A DNA stretch of 64,000 bases from Lytechinus pictus (Eukaryota). The notes under the pieces are model-generated. The model saw nothing but the letters and a program-made list of their open reading frames with translations, did not search any database and was not told where the DNA came from. The DNA lies in NCBI RefSeq assembly GCF_037042905.1, contig NC_087251.1, positions 36,334,001-36,398,000 of the forward strand. The letters are read 5' to 3'. This document shows, piece after piece, positions 55,730 through 64,000 of the stretch (the stretch's first letter is position 1; each line of letters starts with the position of its first letter). A program made the position numbers and the translations under genes.

Positions 55730-56150
55730 CTCGGCAATAAAGTTTGTGTTCATGAATTCAGCAAGGGAATGGTGCGGAGGGAAGGCCTGAACAAGTTCTC
55801 ATAATGTAACGGTTACTCTGGTGATCGAGTTTGTCTGAATACCCCTGTGATGTTGTTGTGGCTGTTGAAATCAGGGCAAGTGAGAGTGGGATAATCTACT
55901 TGAAATGTTATGGTAAAGTCACACCAGACAAACCGATTCCAGGTCGACCAAAATTATTACCTTATTTCCAAGTGACATGCCATAGTTCGGTTTGGTGTCA
56001 GCTTCATCGGTGTGACTGTAACGTTATCCTATTCAGTGTGATGCTGTTTGAGAAGGATGGTGACAGTACAATTGATGATGGATGCGTTGTGTTGTGTTGG
56101 ACATTGGTCTTTATAACAACCTTGACTTGTGTGAGAAATCCTGATAGAAG
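55730..56150 (-). mobile_element. Highly degenerate CR1-like LINE 3' fragment
   Basis: Minus strand reads ...SLRTIPLLNS, resembling the SFFPRTIPxWN end motif of CR1-type ORF2; weak. Confidence 0.35.
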
Positions 56151-56399
56151 TTAAACCTTCAAGTTAATTCATTGTTCCCAAATTCTTGCACACCTTTTTT
56201 TAGCTGAATGATACAAAAACAGATGAAAAATTGTTTAACCAATTCATCATGGATGGATGAAGAACAAGTAAAATCAACATTTGAGTTAAAGTGACCGTCT
56301 GGATTATCCCTTTGTATCTGTTTGTCTTAGAATAGTTGTTTGAGCTATGTATGAAGAATAATATTTTGTATTCATGAGGCACTCATTCAGTTACCTATT

Positions 56400-56600
56400 C
56401 AAAGGTGCACTATATATACATGTACCTCAGTTTTAGCTTTAAAAGGTGCATTTAAGGAATCAATCCTGCTTGGTACTCATTCGCCTCACCTGGGTTGAGT
56501 GCAGCACAATGTGGGTCAATTTCTTACTGAATGCTTTGGCGGGGACTGGAACCCACAACTCTCTGTTTCAAAGGCATGAGTCAGAACCACCTGACCAAAA
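56400..56600 (-). mobile_element. tRNA-derived SINE fragment
   Basis: Shares cctcacctgggttgagtgca core and tRNA-like head with 34205-34397. Confidence 0.6.
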
Positions 56601-57581
56601 TGCTCCATGTCAAAGAATGTCACAAAAAACAAATAAATTATACATTAAACTTACAAAGCAGAAAGGCTGAACAAATCAGCAAAGGAGAAATTGTTATAAT
56701 CTATTGGAATCTTTGACATTGGTCTTATTGATTGGGGAAGGTTTATAGACCACTTATTGATTAAGTCTTGTTAGCTTTCTGAATGACAGTACAATGGCAT
56801 GCATCAGCTAGTGGGCAATCAAGTGATGTGAACTGCAAGAGAAATCAACCATGGCAAAGGAAGACAAAAAAGTGAAAATACCTGTAATGATTTAGGTTTC
56901 TTTTAAATCCATTTATAATGGTATTGTAATCTGAAATTGACCTACAACCATTAGATTTGTGCATTGCAGTTAAATGTAGATCTTTCAAGAATGGCATAAA
57001 AAATTCATAATATTTAAAGTTGATTTCTAATCATTAATTGAATACCCTATGTGTTAAAGAGCTGGATTGAACTAGAAAATTTTAACAAGAAAAACAGTCA
57101 CATGTGTCCATACTTACATTTGTTGATTTTCTTTTCTGTTTTCCTCCTTGTCTTCTAGTTTACATCATTTTGTATATATTTCTAGCTGATAAAAAATGTT
57201 TAAATTTGAATGTATTTTGTATTTTGGTAAATAACATCATTAACTTCAGCTGTGCTGGCCAATTTTGCGTTTTGAATTCTGGAAATATCTATATCTTATT
57301 TATTTATGTATACATTCATTTATTGATATTTTACTGATACATAATGATTATTTTTTAAGAGCAGTCCATTGAGCAGAAGTTGGTCTTTCACGGAGTGATG
57401 GAATCCTTGCAATTTATTTATTTTCTTAATGCAGCTTAATAAGACACAAATCAATCATACTACCTGTCCAATAAAAAAAATAGATAAATCCAGCAATGAT
57501 TTGACTTCCCAAACCCTGTCATCATCAAGGCAATCAGTGGATCTAGAATTCAATCCAAAATGTTTTGTTTTGTTATTCCAG

Positions 57582-57736
57582 ACCAGGGCTATGTGTCGGT
57601 CCCCAGAGGAACTACGGGTCATGTCAGATCCAGGACTGTCCTGAGGGAGCGATTGACTTTAGGCTTGAACAGTGTGCTTCCTTCAACGATATCCTCTACG
57701 AAGGTAGACTCTACAAATGGGTGCCATACGAAGGAG
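57582..57736 (+). CDS. PAPLN: Papilin exon, end of TSP1 and start of ADAMTS cysteine-rich module: PGLCVGPQRNYGSCQIQDCPEGAIDFRLEQCASFNDILYEGRLYKWVPYEG
   Basis: Acceptor ttttgttattccAG, phase 2 matches previous exon (GG+A = Gly), C.G......SC...C P....DFR.EQC...W.PY signature, donor GAG|GTAAGT in phase 1; TSP1 directly after the signal peptide with no protease domain points to papilin/ADAMTSL. Confidence 0.93.
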
Positions 57737-58117
57737 GTAAGTTCTTTAGTTAATGGAACAGCATGCTTCCTTCAATGACGTCCTCTATGAAGGTAAACTG
57801 TTCAAGTGGGAGCCTTTTGAATGAGGTTAGTTCTTTAGTTCTGTGAACAGGGTGCTTCCTTCAGTAGTGTCCTCTATGAAGGAAGATTGTTCAAGTGGGT
57901 GCCATATGAAGCAGGTCATTTCCTTAGTTCTTGATCAGTGTGCTTCCTTCAATGGTGCCCTCTGTGAAGGAAGACTGTTCAAGTGGGTGTCTTTCGAAGG
58001 AGGTATGTTCTATAGTTCTTTGAACAGTATGCTGCTTTCAGTGATATCCTCCAAGAAGGTAGATTCTGCAAATGGGTGCCATATGAAGAATGTAAGTTTG
58101 TCAGTACTTTAAACAAT

Positions 58118-58595
58118 AGTTGGTTTCAAACCGCCTCGATCACAAGAATCCCCGTTAAATTACGAGAACTTTTTTAGGCTGAAAAATACCCATTAATTAT
58201 TCCTGCATTCACACCGCCCTGAAACATACCCTTCGGGATAAGTTCCTGAAGTTACGAGCATGCGCAGTATGGTCTGATAAGCAGCAAGGCGCGAAATTCA
58301 AAATCACTAGCCCAGCAGCAACCCATGCACGGCGCCGCACCCAACGACACGCTGGGCTAAAAGTTCCCGTAATTTGCTTTCAGACCGCCAAAATACCCAC
58401 GACCTTGGAAAAATCCCCGCGAAAGTTCTCGTAATTTCGCCAAGTACCTACTATTTATCGGGTATTTTCTTTCGGGGATATTACGCGTAGTTTGCTTTCA
58501 CACCGCCAAAATACCTGGTATTTTCTGATCGGGGTAAATTTCCTGATCAGAGAATACCTGGAACTGGCGAACTTCGAGGCGGTCTGAAACCACCT
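58118..58595 (+). mobile_element. MITE family A copy 5, inserted in exon-derived repeat unit 5
   Basis: Same element; flanks AAT and ATT. Confidence 0.9.
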
Positions 58596-58790
58596 ATTGT
58601 GCTTCTTTCAACGATATCCTGTATGAAGGAAGAATGTTTAAGTGGGTGCCGTATGAAGGAGGTAAGTTCTTTAGTTCTTTGAACAGTTTGCTTCCTTTAA
58701 TAATTTCCTCCATGAAGGAAGACTGTCCAAAAGGGTGCCTCAAAAAGGTAAGTTCTTTAGTTCTTTGAAAAATGTGCTTCCTCTATAAAG

Positions 58791-61700
58791 GGGCATTTTC
58801 ACCACAGATGGACACAGAGGCAAAAAAGTCAAATTGATATTCAGGTCAAATGCTTTATGTTTTTTTATAAAACAAGACCTGAAGTTTCTGAGACAACAAT
58901 TTTTTCCAACTCTGGCAGCCATTTTTTATTTCAAAATGGCTGCCAAAGTATGGATACAAATTAGTGTTGAAAATAGTATATTGATACATATTTTGTTTTG
59001 ACAGATTTTTAAAGAACAGGTTTGATCATGATGTTTTCGCCTGTGATTTAGCTTGCTATTATAACACTTTTTAAAATCCCACAGAAAGAAACACCAGTAA
59101 TTCATTCATCTGATAAAAAAACATTGATGAAGTATGTGATATGGTATGTAATGTCAGTTACCGAAAACATGAACTTTTTTTTCTCATTTCCTGGAAAAGA
59201 GGATATATTATATGAAACTTGGTAGATTTCCTCTCTAGGTAACACCCCTCCATTCTACACCAAAATTAAAGATTACTAATTAACAATGAAGCCATAGGGT
59301 ACCATCAAATATATGTAATGTCAGTTACCAAGTGGAAAATGTAATGTCAGTTACCGAGATGTAATGTCAGTTACCATGATAAAACGTTGGTTACCAATAT
59401 TGAAATGCAAATATGTGGTCAATTTTATGGTGAAGAAATATTGTATACTTGTTATTTAAGTCTTTCACTTTAATAGTCACACCAGAAGGAGCTTGCTATT
59501 GACTTTTAAAAGGTATAGTTCACAAGGAATACTATATGAAATTATGAAGGAAGTTGCATTCCCATTGTGCAAAAAAAAATTACTATGAAATTGTTTTGTA
59601 CATGAACTTACCAAGTACCTAATTGTTTGTATCAGACAATTTTTTGTTTGGTTTTCGGGGGGGGGGGGGGGTAGGGGGTACTTTTCCCAACCTATTGCCT
59701 AAATCTGCAACATTTTTTAAGCTTAACATTGTGATGAAGGGGATTTCCAGGGTCCCTTTTTTAGTTTCTAGGATTCTTTTGAGCATTGCCTCGCTAAAAG
59801 TAAATTCCTGGTTTTTGTCTCACCTGCATAGCAGAGTGAGACTATAGGCGCCGCTTTTCCGACAGCGACGGCGGCGGCGACGGCGACGGCGGCGTCAACA
59901 CCAAATCTTAACCTGAGGTTAAGTTTTTGAAATAACAGCATAACTTAGAAAGTATATGGACCTAGTTCATGAAACTTGGCCATAAGGTTAATCAAGTATT
60001 ACTGAACATCTTGCCTGAGTTTCATGTCACATGACCAAGGTCAAAGGTCATTTAGGGTCAATGAACTTAGACCATGTTGGGGGAATCAACATCAAAATCT
60101 TAACCTAAGGTTAAGTTTTTGAAATGTCATCATAACTTAGAAAATATATGGACCTAGTTCATGAAACTTATACATAAGGTTAATCAAGTATCACTGAACA
60201 TCCTGCATGAGTTTCACATCACATGACCAAGGTCAAAGGTCATTTAGGGTCAATGAACTTTGGCCGAATTGGGGGTATCTGTTGAATTACCATCATAACT
60301 TTGAAAGTTTATGGATCTGATTCATGAAACTTGGACATAATAGTAATCAAGTATTACTGAACATCCTGTGCAAGTTTCAGGTCACATGATCAAGGTCAAA
60401 GGTCATTTAGGGTCAATGAACTTTGGCCAAATTGGGGTATTTGTTGAATTACAGCCATAAATTTGAAAGTGTGTTGGTCTAGTTCATAAAACTTGGACAT
60501 AATAGTAATTAAGTATCACTGAACATCCTGTGCGAGTTTCAGGTCACATGATCAAGGTCAAAGGTCATGTAAGGTCAAAGAACTTTGGCCACGTTGGGGG
60601 TATTTGTTGAATTGCCATCATATCTCTATAAGTGTATTGGTCTAGTTCATAAAACGTGGAAATAAGAGTAACCAAGTATCACTGAACATCTTGTGCGAGT
60701 TATAGTAGTTTTCAAAATCAGCACTGCTGCTATATTGAATCGCGTGATGCAGGTGAGACGGCCAGAGGCATTCCACTTGTTATACCTTTTAGTAGTGTGG
60801 ATGTGTGATACAATTTTGTTTTTGGTTTACAAGTATAGATGAAAAGTGAAATTTGACAGTTCTGATCAATGTTGCATGGATCTACTAAAACTGTTTTTTT
60901 CTAATTTACAAAAAGTTCAGTTTCAGTTTCGAAGCTGGAGTTTATTTTTTGTTGACAGCTTAAAAAAGAAATTAGCAAAGAAAATGATTAAACAAATTAT
61001 GAAGAGAATTGAAATCCGACAGATATGAACAAGCATTGCTTGCACTGACCAGAATAGAAATCAATAAAACTACATGGCTGCATGAGATTCGGGGGAGGGG
61101 TACATGTAGCCTAGGGGAGGAGACCCTTATTCATTTTGCCTTTTTTGAGGGGAGGGGGAGGTTGGAGAAGGAAAAGGTTTAAAAAGTCAATATAATACTG
61201 ATGAATATATTATGGGTGTATAGTCAGAAAAATCCATGTGTATAGTCAATGCAATATTAAATTACTATAGGAAAACATGTAGCAGCTATGACCCCACCCC
61301 CCCCCCCCCCCAAGTAAGTAAAACATACATTTCTTATCTTTTGATAATTAAAAATGTGAAGTATTATGAAACTTTTATGATTTTAAAAAGCGTTACATAT
61401 AAGTACCAAGAAAATTATGCCTTTGAAAATTATATAGCACTGGTAAATGTTAATGTGTATTGTCAGTTACCAACAAGTAATTATAAAAATGTTCAAATCA
61501 AAGAAAGGAATTAAGAAAAAGAAAAAGTTTTTTCATTAAAATGTTCCTAGATACTCGGGTATACTTCCACATCAAGCTCACTTTCATGTGAAGCCCTGCA
61601 CAGAAGATACAATGCAATGATTCCACACATTTGACTTACATGTGTTATCTCTATGGCAAATTAAGTGTAATGTCAGTTACCAGCATGGTTGTGGAAAAAT

Positions 61701-62067
61701 TATCATAGCCCCAAAAAGACAAAAACAAATTCTTTAATATTTTGACACATCTTAACCTAGTAACGGAGGTATATTAACATATTCAAATTATCACTCTTTC
61801 TACTCAGGGACATGAGATATTTCAATTTTAATGAACACCCTGAAATTGCATGTCCTTTTGCGTAATGTCAGTTACCGACACATTTTTGCTTGCTGATGCG
61901 TTAAAAAATAATGTTACATAAGAAAACTTAGTATCAGAGTATACAGCAAGGTTCACTTTATTAACTCTATCAAAAGCAAACTCCCATCATTTGTTGTTTT
62001 AGAGATACACACAATGAAAGGTGTGAAAACATTGTGCCGTGTAATGTCAGTTACCGTGAAAATGCCC
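58791..62067. mobile_element. 3.3-kb non-autonomous DNA transposon with 4-bp TSD (Sola-like)
   Basis: AAAG|GGGCATTTTCAC ... GTGAAAATGCCC|AAAG; removing it restores an exon-derived repeat unit; no transposase ORF seen. Confidence 0.8.
59812..60781 (+). mobile_element. Helentron/HINE-like family B copy 3, nested in the Sola-like element
   Basis: Near-identical to copies 1 and 2. Confidence 0.85.
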
Positions 62068-63758
62068 AAAGGTAGATTCTACGAATGGATGCCATTCAAA
62101 GGAGGTAGATTCTACAGTTCTTTTCGGAGAGGGGGGGTTCTTTCATCATTCTTCTACCTCATAGTCCCGCCCAGAGTAGCATATTTCATATTTTCCTCAC
62201 CCTAAATAATGCCTCAAATATATTTTTTTTCATGATAGGGTGCCCTTTTCAGGAGTCCAGGGATAAAAGTAGACTCTGTTCCCCTGATTTGGCAATGTTT
62301 ATACCTAGTTTACTGTATGCACATACATCACCCAGCCATGAAAAACCTCCACTTCTGTCTCGGTCCCCTTCTCCACTCCTGATAAATACTTGCATAACCC
62401 ATAGACATCAAAATATGCACAATTGTTTTTGTACATCTTCCAGTCTATCACTTAACCTATCTTCATTTTTTAAAACAACATTCATTATTCAACCCGTTGA
62501 GATTAGTCAAGTCATCGCAGGAAGCAACCTTCAAATTCCCTCAATTAGTAGTTAATTGCCTGGAATTCCCGCAACGCTAATGATCATGTTTAAAAAGATC
62601 CTGTTCTCCAAACCCCATCGGACAAAATTAACTCCTTGAATACTTTGAAGTGGTTCATTGCTATAAGAGTCTAATTGTGAACTAGAGTGCCCTCTCCTCA
62701 TGCTGACTTGTCAGAACTCTATTTACCTTGGCAAATTATGTACTTCCATTCTTCTGTCCTTCTGGATTATATGTTTTGTTAATGAACTTAAAGGTTGAAT
62801 GTGTTATCGAGATAATATTTTGTATTTCACCTTTGGATCAATGTAATTATATGTAAATACATATCACTGGTGCTGCACCACTTTTTCAACTTTTTATCAT
62901 CCTAACATTTGGAAAATTACTAGTAGTTCAAATAGATTAAGAGCACTATGAGAGGAGATGGGCCTATAGATATAGAACAATTAGTCATTTTGTCAGCATC
63001 TGCTTTGAGTTTTTTTTGGTGTTAAATATGAAAATAAGCTTTAATGCTATATTAGTGGATATGAGTCATCCTGACTTGTACTACATAAATACATTCACTT
63101 TCTGGAACATTGGACTTCCTTTCATGTGTGTCAATCATCTCTACAATATCTCCGATCTTTCTTGTTTGAATCAGTAAATGCTCTGCATCTGTGTTCTTTT
63201 CCAATTTATTATTATCTAGATTTTCTAGATTTACTTTTGAAGACTAAAGTATCTGTCATCTCTTTTGTTTGTTTTTCCTATCCACCCATTGCTTGTTACA
63301 CCTGTTCATTATTGACATTGTCTATGCACCATTGACATTGACATTGTCTATGCACCATTGGTGATTACTAGCTGTGAATTAATCATGATTGTGGGTTACT
63401 CCATGGATGGAAACTTTTCCCCAAACTATGTTGATACATGAGCAGTTAAGTGGTAAGTCATGCTGAATAGTTGCATTGTTTCCCATTCATATCAGAATAA
63501 ACATTTAATTCATGTAGGACAGAAAATTGGAGCCTGTCACTTATAGGTGGTTGTGTTCTGTGAGAAAATCCGTGGTGATTTTGCTGACCTGGGACCCAAC
63601 AGCCTTGAATAAAATCTAGAGTCTTTACTTTGGGCCATCCTACAGTATTTTAGACTTACTGTGAATATATTAGCCAGGACTTCTTTTTAAACAAAATACA
63701 GAGAAAAATTCAATATCTTCCTTTTTCTTGAGAAAAGGGAAGTAGGGAAGAGCTCATG

Positions 63759-64000
63759 TACCCCTTTCATAAACCCAATTATGCGGACAATATCCGCATA
63801 ATTTGGTCATAAAATCGGAGCAGGACCAGAGTTATCCGCATTATTTCGATGCTGCAATTATCCGCATAATAGCGGCATCGGGACCAGATTTTGACTTTAT
63901 GAACGCATTTCCAAAGTAATGCGGATAATTGCCATGGTGCGGTCACAAGGTCACCCTTTTCCAACACAACCCCATCGGAGGGGATGTGTGCAGTTGCCAT
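63759..64000 (+). mobile_element. MITE family C copy 3 (cut by window end)
   Basis: Starts TACCCCTTTCATAAACCCAATTATGCGG, homologous to 45332 onward. Confidence 0.85.

Larger units (their letters stand above)
57745..62120 (+). repeat. Seven ~89-bp tandem copies of the exon 3' half plus splice donor, split by two transposons
   Basis: Unit starts at 57667 (real exon), 57756, 57845, 57933, 58022, 58111, 58681 and ~58767; the last unit is completed at 62068-62120. Confidence 0.9.

Noticed and set aside
57843..58112. 89-aa ORF containing CASFNGALCEGRLFKW as a separate gene
   Set aside because: It is a read-through of exon-derived repeat units, and only one unit is in the papilin frame.
62668..62800. 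AG followed by phase-1 SNCELECP, resembling the expected next papilin exon (NKCELNC.P)
   Set aside because: The acceptor is poor, the following residues lack the G..FY and V.DGT.C motifs, and the frame runs into a stop. The real next exon is probably beyond the window.

Overview
This is AT-rich eukaryotic (animal) genomic DNA. The repeat landscape suggests a marine invertebrate, probably a sea urchin (inference only). The window holds one tRNA-Thr(AGT) gene on the minus strand and the 5' part of a large plus-strand papilin (ADAMTS-like ECM glycoprotein) gene. That gene has a putative CpG-rich promoter and non-coding exon ending at 4520, a signal-peptide exon (ATG at 11166), and two exons encoding TSP1 and the start of the ADAMTS cysteine-rich module (36855-36976, 57582-57736). 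The three coding exons join in frame across introns of about 26 kb and 21 kb. Almost all entries in the supplied ORF track look like spurious intronic or repeat ORFs. The introns carry many non-autonomous transposons (PIF/Harbinger-, EnSpm-, Kolobok-, piggyBac-, Sola-like and Helentron/HINE-like), SINEs, LINE scraps and tandem repeats. The most unusual structure is a 7-copy, ~89-bp tandem array made of the 3' half of a papilin coding exon plus its splice donor. Two transposons later split this array, and one unit could act as an in-frame cassette exon. Also notable are a 311-bp higher-order satellite forming inside a transposon, transposon-borne arrays of perfect DR1 motifs, and a candidate overlapping uORF that could be switched by alternative 5' splice-site choice.
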